Program-made: the position numbers and the translations under genes
Source of the DNA: Mantamonas sphyraenae STR306
Lineage: Eukaryota; Protista; CRuMs
Reading direction: 5' to 3'
NCBI GenBank assembly: GCA_026936335.1
Contig: JAPMXV010000049.1
Location: forward strand, 62,001 to 126,000
DNA length: 64,000 nt
The notes under the pieces: generated by a model
Database searches by the model: none
What the model was told of the DNA's origin: nothing
The model's input: the letters and a program-made list of their open reading frames with translations, nothing else
In this document: one piece after another, positions 25,983 to 37,500 of the stretch
How positions within the stretch are numbered: position 1 is the first letter of the stretch
Layout: every line of letters begins with the position of its first letter

Positions 25983-26392
25983 GGATGTGAGCCGGCTGAG
26001 TGCGCGTGTGCAAAGGGAAACGGCATGACCAGGGAGGCCGGAAGCATCTGCAAATTACCCTCTGCCACGGCGTCACGAGCACGCTGAGAAACATTGGAGG
26101 CGTCGACACCGTCGCCAAGAAGCGCCTGCCACACACGGGATTGGGCGAGAGAGTCGACATGGACGTCAATCCACTCGAGGGCAAAGGAAAGGCCGTGTTC
26201 GACGAGGGCGTGCTGGGTTGGCGAGGCGTCAGCCAGGGGACATTGCACAGCGACAGCGACAGTCTTTTCCGAGGAAGGATCAAAGCCACTGTGGGCAATG
26301 CCGCCCGGGACAACATCGAGAGTGAAAGAAAGGACGCGATCGGCCAGCTGCACGTTGCTTGCGGCAGAAGTTGCGACAACAATCGATGCCAT
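20926..26392 (-). CDS. Trifunctional sugar-nucleotide enzyme: GHMP (galacturono/galacto)kinase + UDP-glucuronate 4-epimerase-like SDR + GlmU-type nucleotidyltransferase (~1752 aa)
   Basis: Exon 26392-26059, intron 26058-25851 (GTAATT..TTGAC..CAG), then exon 25850-20926 as one uninterrupted frame. Kinase motifs: PARINLRGMHIDSHGG, IPFSSGLSSS, GLGDQ, GASLTGAGMGG. Epimerase motifs: TGAAGFIG, HLAARAGVRPS, YASSSSVYG, YAGTK, RFFTVDGP..GRPDMA, RDFTFVEDI. Nucleotidyltransferase motifs: PAAGWGGRM..SK, QRDRLGDGDAV, WSDNP, NCGIYLF, EYFLVD, SVNKPEE. Confidence 0.88.
25934..25978. repeat. (GT)~22 microsatellite inside the intron of the fusion enzyme gene
   Basis: Directly visible dinucleotide repeat. Confidence 0.95.
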
Positions 26393-26485
26393 GGTTGATG
26401 TGGACCAGATGAGGCACGGGCACCCACACGCACCAAGAACACAACCTATGAGGATGTGAGATGGAGTGTTGGGGGTGTTGGGTGC

Positions 26486-29400
26486 ATGCTGGCGCTGGCG
26501 AGGCCAAAGAGCATGGAGGAGCTGCAGGCGTTGCGGCAGGAACGCAGCGAGGCGTTGGCGGAGCAACGAAGGGCCGGAGTCACTCGGTCACGTCTACAAA
26601 TGCAACTGCTCGGCGTTAAAATGGCGTGCAAAGGAACACGGCAGACGTTGGAGGACGTGCTTGCTCTGCACAGCTTCAGCGGACGTCGTGGCTCGGTGCA
26701 CCAAACGGATGTGCTTCGTGTGCTACACAAGCTGCGTGTGTTGAGGCGACGGATCAAGTCGCACCTTCAGGCGGGGCGACGTGCACGCAGTGAATCGCAG
26801 ATGGGTCTGTTGGTGCGTAGTGGTCACGGCCATGGGGGCCAGGCCAACGGGAGTGAGCAACAACGGTCGCAAAGTGGCAAACTGCCGACTGTGTATGACC
26901 TGCAGGAGGACGCGACGTCCATGCTGATCACACAGGTGGATATGATTATTAGTGAGATTTTGGCGAGTGGAGGAGGCGTCGGGGAGCTGGAGGAGGACGG
27001 CGGCGTGGAGGAAAACGCAGAGGATGCTGGCGAGGAAGGCGATGCGCAGCCATCGCTGGCCGACCGCATGAGCCAGGTGACGCCAAAGCAGCTTCTGGGA
27101 TTCCTTGTGCGAGCACACACACTGGAGATTGCCTTTCGCACCTCGTTGCAGGGCGAATCACGTTCCTTGCTGCTGAGTGCGGTGAGGGGAGCCAGCCAAG
27201 ACAAGGGAGATGGTGAAGGCGATGGCAATGAGACAGCCTCGGCTGCACCCAAGAAACCCTCTGTGATGGACCTTGCAGATGTGCTGCTCATGTCCGACGA
27301 AGGATTTGCAGATCGGTTGCTGCGTATTGAAGAGGACCGACGGTTTGCGTTGGAAGGGCCAAGCCGATCGGCACTTCTGCTACAGCGGCAGCGCGCAGCC
27401 ATGGAGGATGGAGGAAGCAGTGAGGACGTGGGGATGTGGGGTGGTCGCCGATCCCCGTCTGCAATGGGAGAGCGTGTGGACGAGGAGGAGTTGATCGGGC
27501 GGCAAGGGTGGCGAGCAGTGCTGGAAGCACGGGTCAAGCGTGTGAAGAACATGCACCTGATGTGCAAAGCCGAGAACGATCTTTTCCAAGAGCAACTGAG
27601 AGAGATGAAAAGTCAGTACGAGCGGGAGAGGATGCTGAACATGGCGCAGGACGAGCGGCGCAAAGAGTTGCTGGAAAGCGTGCGTCGTGTGAGCGGAGGC
27701 ACGTTTGCTCTGGAATTGCGAGAGTTGAAAAAGGCACAGGCGGAGAGCGAACCCTACTTGGAACGCATGTTGGACGCGATGAGCATACATGGAAAGGATC
27801 TGGTAGAGGTGCGGCTGCAGATTGGAGAGCAGCAGCGGGCAAACGAGTTTCTAGGCCATCGGGTAGCCATGCTGGAAGGCAAGCTGGCCATGGTGGAGAG
27901 GCAGCGACTGCGTGTGGAAACCGAGTGCAAGAAGTTTGCAAGAGACCTCGGAGCATCTGGAGGTGGATGTGAACGGGGCGGAGATCGGGGCGAACCGACA
28001 AGAGCGGGAAGAACGGGAGGCTGATCGGTATTTGGTGCAGCTGCTGGACGACATCCGAAGGTATGGCCAGGAGAACCTTGCGTTGCGGCAGGAAATCACG
28101 CAGGTGCGGTATGTGCAGCTGGACGATGTCCAGGAGATGATGGACGAACGATGGAGCTCGGGCAAGGAAATGAGAGCCCGGTTCAACGAGACGTTTGCTC
28201 GGCATCAAGAGCGCAAGCATGAGCTGGCTCAAGAAGTGAAGCTGTTGCAGCGGCGGGTGGAGTCGATGCGGACCAAGGTGGATGAGGGAGTTCGGGCAAA
28301 CCGCTTTCTTCAGCGAGCGATCGAGCAAATCCACACAGAGCTGAACGCAGCAGCAGCAGCGCGGCGGAGACGTGCCAGTGGAATGCGCTTGCACGGCAGA
28401 GAGCGTGCGGAAGCGGAGCGGAAGGAGCGTCTGGCCGCGAGCTCAGAAGACAAGAAACGGGCTGCACGGCGAGCGGCCATCGAGGCGATGGATAGGTCCG
28501 AGATTCGGGCGGCCAACGAGCAAGCAAGGCAGGAGATCCGGAAACAGATTAGCAAGGGGTCGCGCACGATGAAGGCGATGACAGAAGAGAGGCTGCAGCG
28601 GTACACACACCTGCGCGAGCGACGCGAAAAAGAGGACATGTTGATCCAAAAGGCACTTGCGCGCAGTGACGAGCGTGGGGCTGCGAGTTCTATGGAGATT
28701 CTGGAGCAGGAACAACGCGAGGCGCTTGCCAGGGGAATGGACCTTGACACGCTGCTAGGAGCGACGGGCATTGAGGATGTTTTGTACGGGGAAGGCGTGA
28801 GCGAGGAGGAGGTGCTTCAACGTGCACGTGGCACGCTGCGTCGCTCCCAGAAGGAGCTGGACCGGATGACAATCCGCATCTACCGGCGAGAAGAGGTGGA
28901 GACGGCCTTGCGGGTGGCGAAAGTGGTGCAACGCAAGCGAGGGCGGCAATCGATGAAACTGCAGCTGGCAGTGCATGCATTTGAGGATCAGAAGCAGGCA
29001 GAAAAGGACAAGGGCAAACGGCGGCAGGGAGCGTCGCGGCTGAGCGAGCTGAGCGCTCCGAAGCAGCGTGCAGAGCGAGTGGAGGACAGACGCAAGCGTG
29101 AACGCAAAGCAAAAGCGGCTGACGAGGTCAAACGCAAGCGCAGGGCACGGCATGTGCGTGACAAGCTGGATCGGCTGCGGGACAGGAGTGGCAGCAGCCG
29201 CAGCAGCGAGGTGTCTGCCCTCACAGCAAGCGAAATGGAAGACGGGAACGAAGAGGAAGACGGAGACGAGAGTGTCGTGTATGCGCATGACCGGGAGGAG
29301 GAAGGAGTGGGAAAGGAGGAAGCGGAGGACGTGTTGGCGAGCGCAGAGAACGATGACATGCAGGTTGAAAGCGAGGACGACGACGACGATGAAGACGACG

Positions 29401-29489
29401 AGTTGGACGAGTCGACTGGAATGCTGCCTTTGGTATTGCGTGAGGCCGGTGGGAGGCACATCAAGTTGGAGCAGCTGAGGCGCGATTGA
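26486..29489 (+). CDS. Hypothetical long coiled-coil, charged protein (~1000 aa)
   Basis: Two overlapping E/R/K/Q-rich ORFs (26456-28024 and 27912-29489) are joined by a +1 indel near 27935 (AAG TTT GCA versus TTG CAA GAG). No domain is recognised and the start is uncertain. Confidence 0.7.
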
Positions 29490-29586
29490 CCCACAACAAA
29501 ACCCAACCCGTTCTCCGCAAAAGATGACATTGGTTTCGCTTTGGGAGTTCATCTTGACGACATACACATTCTCACAGACTCAGGAG

Positions 29587-30138
29587 ATGCTGGAGCTGGT
29601 GCAGAGCAACCCGCACCTGATCTGGTGGCTGGGCGCCTTCTTCTGCATGTCTCTGGCAGGGTTGTTTGGGGCAATGCGGTACAGCAGCTCGGCCATCTTC
29701 AAGCTGGAGCATTGGTTCTTGCGCCAGTTCACGTCGACAGTGGGTGTGGTGTGGTTTTCGGCCAGTGGCTGGGCTGTGCTGGGCAAGCCGTGGTCGCCTG
29801 AGCTTGTCGTGGCCCTCTCGCTGGTTGCCCTGCTGCCCATGTACCTGTGTGTGGAGCACTGGGACGAGGGTCCCGCCCAGCTGGTCAAACTTCCTTCCAT
29901 TGTGTCCATGCTTCTCTTTGCTGTCTACCAGCTCGTGCTGGCTGTGCAGGCCGAGGCCGACCTCGCCACGCTTCCCGCCACTTGGATCGTTACCGCCATT
30001 GTCAGCATGGTCCTTCGTGACCACTACAAGAAGATCTTTGGAACCGACATGGTCAACATGTTGCGTCGTGTGGGCCTGGGCATTGTTGTCTATTCCTTCA
30101 CAAACGCTGCCAAGCTGAGTGTGGCAGCAGTCAACTGA
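29587..30138 (+). CDS. Small multi-pass membrane protein (about 6 TM), unknown family
   Basis: Hydrophobic ORF (HLIWWLGAFFCMSLAGLFGAMRY..) with good codon bias. An upstream ATG at 29524 is also possible. Confidence 0.7.
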   Translation: MLELVQSNPHLIWWLGAFFCMSLAGLFGAMRYSSSAIFKLEHWFLRQFTSTVGVVWFSASGWAVLGKPWSPELVVALSLVALLPMYLCVEHWDEGPAQLVKLPSIVSMLLFAVYQLVLAVQAEADLATLPATWIVTAIVSMVLRDHYKKIFGTDMVNMLRRVGLGIVVYSFTNAAKLSVAAVN

Positions 30139-30199
30139 ACGCTGACATGTCGCCGTTTTCCCGTTTTCCCGCGGCCAAAACAAAATTGAACTCAGTGCG

Positions 30200-31429
30200 T
30201 CATCCCCACTCCAGTTGGTCCACCAGATGCTCAATGACATCCACGCCACGTTGATCCAGGGCAGGTGCGCGGACCACGATGTGCCCATGTGTGTGGTACG
30301 CGTCGATGCGCACGTCAACTCTCTCCCACCCCACACTATCCAAAGACACAAACATCTTGCGCAGCAGCGGACCGTGTGCATCGCGCACGTAGAAGCGGTT
30401 GAGCCAGTCTCCGTGCAGATCCACATCCACGTCGTCGTCTGCTGCGGACGAGAAAACGCTCCAGCCGTCGTCTGCGTCCAATTGGCCGTCTCTCACCATC
30501 CGCTGGAACTTGGCAGCCTGAGACCGGCGGTGGATGTGCATGACATGTGGGTACTTCTGTCCTTGCATCCGTGCGTGTGTTTGAAGGACCTGTTTGCCCT
30601 TGTCGGTACGAAAAACATTCCTCGGTTGGATTGACGATGTTGGGTACGCGACAGTGTTGTCCGACTTGACATTGGCATAGGTCAAGCGGCGTTCGAACTT
30701 GGCCAGCCCCTGCATGAACGCGCTGCGGGGTTCGGTCATCTGCGCCAGCAGCGGCTGATCGCCATCCTCCATCAGCAGCTCCCGGGTTGTCGCCGCAAAG
30801 TCGCGTCCAAACTCATTGCGCCAGACACTAAACTTGGTCGCAGGCGGATGGCGTGCGCCGAGATGGGGCGTGGCCAGCGTGGCAAACACTCCGGCGGACA
30901 CACGGTCCAGCACGCCTTCTTCCCACAGACGTCCCACCGCAAAGCGTTGGTACAGTCCACCCAGGGAGTAGCCCACCAGACTCAACCGTTCCACCTGTGG
31001 GTTGGCTTCCAGCGTGGTCGAAATCAGCCGGAAAAGACGCTCGCCTCCGTTCGGGATGCCGTCGAAGGACATCTCGTGTTCGTTCTCGTGGCTGTTCACC
31101 ACAATGGCACTCTGACCAAAAGCATCGCGACATCGCTTGACCAGAAAGTCCATGGCCGAGGCGTCACCGAGAAAGCCGTGCTGCGTCACGATGAGGTGGC
31201 GACCTGCTCCGACATTGGCATGTTGTGGTCGCACGCCCGTACGCACCGGCACCAATGACGAACTGGGGCTATGCCACGCCCACTTGCGTCCTGCACGGCG
31301 ATCGATCACGCTGTGCAGCCACAGACGCTTGAGCCACGTCCGCCGCGTGCCAAACACCACCAAACGCAAAAGCGACAGGAATGCAGCCACCCCTTTCCAA
31401 AAGCCGTGTAAATAGCGCAGGACGGCCAT
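30200..31429 (-). CDS. DUF676 / putative serine esterase-lipase (alpha/beta hydrolase)
   Basis: Motifs are HLIVTQHGFLG, the nucleophile elbow SLVGYSLGG, FATLATPHLG, FERRLTYANVKSDNTV and HTHGHIVV. Confidence 0.88.
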   Translation of the reverse strand: MAVLRYLHGFWKGVAAFLSLLRLVVFGTRRTWLKRLWLHSVIDRRAGRKWAWHSPSSSLVPVRTGVRPQHANVGAGRHLIVTQHGFLGDASAMDFLVKRCRDAFGQSAIVVNSHENEHEMSFDGIPNGGERLFRLISTTLEANPQVERLSLVGYSLGGLYQRFAVGRLWEEGVLDRVSAGVFATLATPHLGARHPPATKFSVWRNEFGRDFAATTRELLMEDGDQPLLAQMTEPRSAFMQGLAKFERRLTYANVKSDNTVAYPTSSIQPRNVFRTDKGKQVLQTHARMQGQKYPHVMHIHRRSQAAKFQRMVRDGQLDADDGWSVFSSAADDDVDVDLHGDWLNRFYVRDAHGPLLRKMFVSLDSVGWERVDVRIDAYHTHGHIVVRAPALDQRGVDVIEHLVDQLEWG

Positions 31430-31519
31430 GGTTGTGGATGCCGCTGGTTGTGGTGGCAATGGGTTGTTCTGTGCTTGCTGGCGCTGCGGGAGCCAACCAC
31501 ACACCCCGCTGCTCGGCAG

Positions 31520-34500
31520 ATGATCCCTCGAGGGCAGCTACGGCGCACAGTGCGTAGCAGCGCACTATGGGCGGTGCTAGCTCTGCTGACATGGGTCGGG
31601 GTGGCCTGCGTCGACGCCGTGCAGACGTCGTCGCTGGGCACCTCACCAGCCCACAGCACCCTTGTGGATGCCCCGGCCACAGCCGTTGCGGGATTTCGCT
31701 CCACATTTTACATTCAGGCACGCACAAACACATCCGCCGTTCAGACACGAGCGCCTGACTCCTTTGCTGTCGCTTTGCGTGCTGCCTCGGGAGCCGACCA
31801 CTTTCAAGCTGTTGTTACGCAACACTCCACCGCAGGCCTGTACACAGTCTCCTTCCTGCCTCTGGCCCGAGGCACATACAATGTGTCTGTCACTCTTTCA
31901 GGTGGGTTGTGTACCTCGTTCCGTGTGCGCGCTAATGGTTCCTTTTGGTGAGCCCTGGTCTGCAGCCGAGAACCTTGCCCGTTGGGCATGTGCCCCGACA
32001 CGTTCGGGCCGGCACCTCCAGCTGCAATGTCCACCTGCTCCGCATGCACATCCCCAGGCTGTCTCTACATGTGTACAAAGTGCATGCCCTGCGCACGTGT
32101 CCCCTTCTTCCGTCTACACGTTTCCTTCGCACGCTTGCACTCGCTGCCCGAAACGGATGCAACGGCCTCCCGCCACCGCCACCGGACTCCGGTCGCCAAA
32201 AAGGCGCCTGCCTGCGTCCTGCCCCCGCTGCTCACACCCAAAGCCTCTGTCCACATCTGTAAACCCCACCCACAGGTCCCACCACCAACACGCGTGCTCT
32301 GCAGTTTGATGGCACCGCACAGCAGGTGACTTGCGTTGGATTGACGGCCATCACTCCCGTTCATCCGACGGCCTCCGTCTGGTTCAAAACCACAAGCTCA
32401 TCCAATCAAATGCTCTACCGCTACGACGACGGCAGCCAGGGCTTTGGGGTCCAGATGCTCAACGGCCAATTGTTCTGCCACATGTGGACGCCGACTCTTG
32501 TTTCCATTCTCTCGCCGTCCACGTATAGCGATGGCCAGTGGCACCACATTGCCTGCTCCTTCGACGGCTCCTTCTTCACACAGTACATTGACGGCGCACA
32601 GACACGCCAAACCACAACCACATCCTCTGTCTCGTACAGTCTGCCCTCACTCACCATCGGCAACAATCCGGGCTCCTCAATCTACTTCAATGGCCAGCTG
32701 GACGAGATGCAGCTGTGGTCCGTTGCATTGGCACACGAAACGGTCCAGTTTTACATGACTTCTCTCCTTCAGGGCACAGAGGCCAACCTTGTGCTCGCCC
32801 TGGACTTTCACCTCCAACCTAGCCGACCTCTCGCCAACCAACGCCCAGTGCACTGCCGTCAACACCCCCACCTATTCCCAGCGAAACAGTGATTTCCGCT
32901 TTTCCACCCCTGAACACATCGCTGCCTCTCCGTTTTCCCTCTCGGTAGGCGGCCTACCCGTTCGGTTTTCGGGACCCCAGCGCCTTGCCGCCGAGCCACT
33001 CCAGAACGCAACCTGGACGCTGCAGGACGTCAACTTTGACGGCAGCAACCGCACACAGGGTGGAAGGCACTTCAGCGTCACCCTCTACGGCCAGGCACAG
33101 AATATCAGCGCAAACGTCAGCGACAACGAGGACGGCACATACACAGTGGCCTACATGGGCCAGCAACGAGACATCCTGCAGACGTGGGTGCAATACGATC
33201 GCACTCACACAAACGCTTACTCGCTTGCTTTCAACGGCGTCTCGTCCTACGTGGATTTGGGCATCCCCGGCTCTCTTGACGTTCAGCGCTTCACTCTGCA
33301 GGCCTACGTGCGCAGCAATGGCACGACAGGGAACGGACAGAGCATTCTGCGTTGGATGAACAACGGCTATTCGCTGCAACTGACGGCCACGGGCCACGTG
33401 CAATGTGCCATTTACGACGACATCGGAAGTGCCACCACCGTCACGAGCTCTCGTGGGGCCTACAACAACGACACGTGGTACCACTTGTCCTGTACATACG
33501 ACGGCAACACTTTGGCTTTGTATAGCGATGGCCAGCTGGATGCATCGGTCAGCAAGACAATGACCATCTCCTTTGTCACCAACGTGGGCATGCGCTTTGG
33601 CATGCAGGCAGACGGCACTCTGCCCTTTTCAGGCCTCATCGATGAAGTTCGCGTGTGGAATCGGGCTCTTTCTGCCTCCGAAGTATCCACTACCGCGACA
33701 GCGGTCCTAGAAGGCACCGAGAGCGGGCTCGTCGGCGCGTGGTCCTTTGACGAAGGCACGGGCTCCCTGCTCCACGACTTGACCTCAAACGCATACCACG
33801 GCACAGGGACATTTGTGTCACATGACACACGCACGAGGTCTCTCTCGTTCCTCTCGCCCGTACACGTGGCCGGCTCACCGTTTCAGACGGTCCTCGAGTA
33901 CCCTCCGTACGCGCCAAATTCGTATGCCAACGGCACGGGACTCTTCAATACCACAGCAGGCGCACTCACCACAGTGCTCATTACCACAGTGGACATCTAC
34001 GGCAGCACCAGGAGCACCAGGGGGGGTGCGTTCAACATCACCGTGACGCCGACACAGTCCTTCGCAAGCCTGGCAGTAGAAGATCTTCAGGACGGCACGC
34101 ACAGCGTACAGTATAACCTTACGGTAGCTGGCAGCTATAGCCTGCACATGCAGCTTGTTGGCGCCGCAAATGCCTTTGCGAGCCTTGCCACTTCGCCCAC
34201 GATGCTCGTCGTGCTTCCTGCCACCGCGGCAAACTCTCTTTCTGCGCTTACGTGGCCCTCAGCCACTACCACTCCCTGGACTGCCACTGCAGGCGAAGGC
34301 GTCCTCTTTGGCCTGCAGCTGCGCGACATCTACGGCAACCTGGCCACGATCGCCTCGGATGCGGCTCTGCAGGCATCATCCGTCTCCCTGGCCTCTGCAA
34401 GTGTCCATTTGACGCCCACATGGACGACAAACAACGGGTCGCTATGGTTTGGCACTGTCAACGCGACCGTCGCTGGCGTGTACACCGTGCAAGCCCTGCT

Positions 34501-37500
34501 GAACGGCGCACCCGTACAGAGCAGTGTACATCTCGACGTGTCACCTGCTGTTGTGCACGTGCCTCAGACACTCCTCCCGGGAGTGAGTGGCGCTTTGATC
34601 TCCCCTGTCGCCGGATCTGGATTCTCCTTTGCGCCTCAGTTTCGCGACGTGTTTGGCAACAACGTCTCTGCAGCCGGTGTGGTTGCGGATTTGTCTGCTG
34701 CCCTCACTCCTGCCGATTCGGGCCTCACCCTCGCCGTTACACAAGCCACCAAGTTGGTGAGTGCAAACTTGACGCAGAGCGGCACGTACGCACTCTCGCT
34801 TGCCCTCGGTGGCGTGGCGTTGCCTCAATCTCCCGTTTCTGTGGTCGTTGCTGCGGCTGCCACGGCGACACCCTTTACACAGGTGCTCAACCCGCCCTTT
34901 AGCGTAGTGGCAGGTCAGCAGCTGACGTACACGCTGCTCGTCCGGGATGGTTTTGCCAACAACCGCACGGACGGCACTGCAAGCATCCAGCTTGAGCTCG
35001 ACGGCACCCCAGGATCCATTCTTGTCTCGTCTGTGTATGCGCATCCCGCCGTATACGTGCTTGGAGCCAACGTGACAGTTGCCAAACAGCACACGGTGCA
35101 GGTACGTGCGGACGGCGTGGTGTCAGCCGATTCGCCGATCGCGCTCACTGTCGTCCCTGCAGCCCTGCACGTGGCGAGCACCCACGTGTCGGGCCAGGGA
35201 CTGACAGAGGCATCTGCAGGACAAGGAGCTGCAGTCGCACTGCAGCTACGCGACGTGTTTAGCAACAACCGCACGGACCCAGCGCCAGGCGCAGGGGTGC
35301 AGGCATCTGTGCATGGGGCACAGAACCTCACAACCTCAGTGACCTACCTGGGTAGCGGTCTCTACGCTATCGCGTACAATCAGACACTGGCTGGAACATA
35401 TTCCCTCTCGCTGACTGTCGATGGCACAGCCGTTCCCGGCAGCCCGTTTTCTGTGCAGGGCCTTCCCGGTGTCGACGTGTCGCCCGTCTCGCGGGTGTTT
35501 GACTTGCCTGCTGGCGATGTGGTTGCAGGCTCGTTGTCGGGCTTCACCTTTTTTGGCGTCGACCCATTTGCCAACAATCTGACCTCGTTGACAAACTACA
35601 AGGTGCAAATGGCGTCCACAGATGCCACAGTGCAGCCCACCGCTACATCGACTGGCCAGAGCGGCACCTTTCGATTCTCTTTCAACGCCACGCGCGCAGG
35701 AACCTACACGGCTTCTGTCGCCACTAGCGCGGGTGTGCACGTGTCCAACAGCCCCTTTGTTGTCACAATCGTGGCCGCAACTCCGTCGGCCACAGGGTGT
35801 GCCCTTCTGCTGCCGTCTTCAACCACAGACGCTGGCACCGCACCCACTGTGCTTATCCAAGCACGCGATGCCTTTGGCAACAACGTCACGCACTCAAGTT
35901 TGGCCAGTCGGTTTGCGGTCTCCCTGCAGCTGCAGGGGTCCTCAAGCTCGAGTGCGATGCAGGTCTCCCACATCGCCGCAGGCGTGTACAACGTCTCTGT
36001 GCCCTCCATCACGATGGCTGGTCTCCATACGCTCCACGCAACCCTGGACACCTTGTCACTGGCAAATTCACCTGCACAGTTGCGCGTCGTTGCGTCGTTG
36101 CAGCTCAATGCGGCTGCCACGCGGCTGCAGTCCATCGCTCCAGTGCCAGCCGTCGCAGGTCAGCTTGTCACACTTACGTTGCAGACCGTTGATGTGTACG
36201 GGAACAACAACACACAGGGGACCGTCTCCGACGCGCTCTCGTTCCGGGTATCGCAATCTGGCGTCACCTGGTTCTCGGTGGCGCGCTCCGACGGCACGCA
36301 CACGCTTGCCATTCGTTTGAACACAACTGGTGACATTGCGCTGACTATTGAGGACGCTACGTCCGGCGCACAGTTGCAGGATGTGCCCGTGGTCACCGTG
36401 CTCCCGGCTTCTGTTTCTGCGTCTCAAACCACAGCCACGCTGTTGTCGCTGTCGCTCAGTGCATCCGTAGCCGCACAGCCTACTCTGCGCATACAACCCG
36501 CGATCGCTTTGGCAACCCCATCACCACCGACCTGCTAGCACTCAATTTTGCAGGCAACAGCAGCTTGGCAGCGCACAGTCTTTCGTTTGCGCTGTGCGCC
36601 GACACGCCCACCACTGTCTGTCTGTCCGTCGCCAACGCCACCCTTGCAGGTTCCTGGCAGTTGCATGTGTCTGTCAATGGCTCTGTGTTGGCAAGCTCCC
36701 CGTTTTCGTTTGCGGTCGCAGCAGCAGCAGCCTCCAACAGCACCTCACGGGTGCTCTCGGTGACCACAGGGAGCGCCGACGAGCCAGTGCGCTTGCACTT
36801 GCTGTGGCAGGATGCCTTTGGCAACAACATTAGCAGCAGCAGCAGTGCCATGCAAGCGACTGTTTTCGTCGATGGCACACAGGCACCGGGATCTCTGGTT
36901 TCACGCACCGTTACAACGTCAGGCCTGCTTCTCATCGACGTTTCCCTGCGCCAGGCTCGCAGCTACTCGTTGGCTCTGGCCGTGTCCAACGGCACCCTCG
37001 CACTACCTGCAGGCACTTCTGTGTTTTCCATCACCCCAGGGGCCCTGAACCTGACCACCAGTCAAGTGTTGGGCGTGTGGCCTCAATCTGTCATTGCCGG
37101 CGAGGCTGCAGTAGCGCTCATCATGCAGACAGTGGATACCTGGGGCAACAATCGCACAGCAGCTGCACCTGCATCTGTGCAGCTGGTCGTGCCTGCTCCT
37201 GCACTGCGCACATATGACATGACGCACGTCAGCCAAGGCCAGTACGCTGTGTCGAACGCCAACGTGACAGCCGCTGGAGCATACACCCTTCAACTACGTC
37301 ATTTGGACCAGACAAACACGTACACAGGGGTCGAACTGACCGTCTTGCCCGCCTCGGCAGATGCTGCGTCGTCTCTGATTGTGCTTCCGTCCCAAATCCG
37401 CCTGGATCAACAAGCAGCCATTGCGGTGCACCCTCGCGACGCCTTTGGCAACGCCGTCAATTCTGCAGTGCTCTTGAATGTCACTGTGCGAATCCAACAC

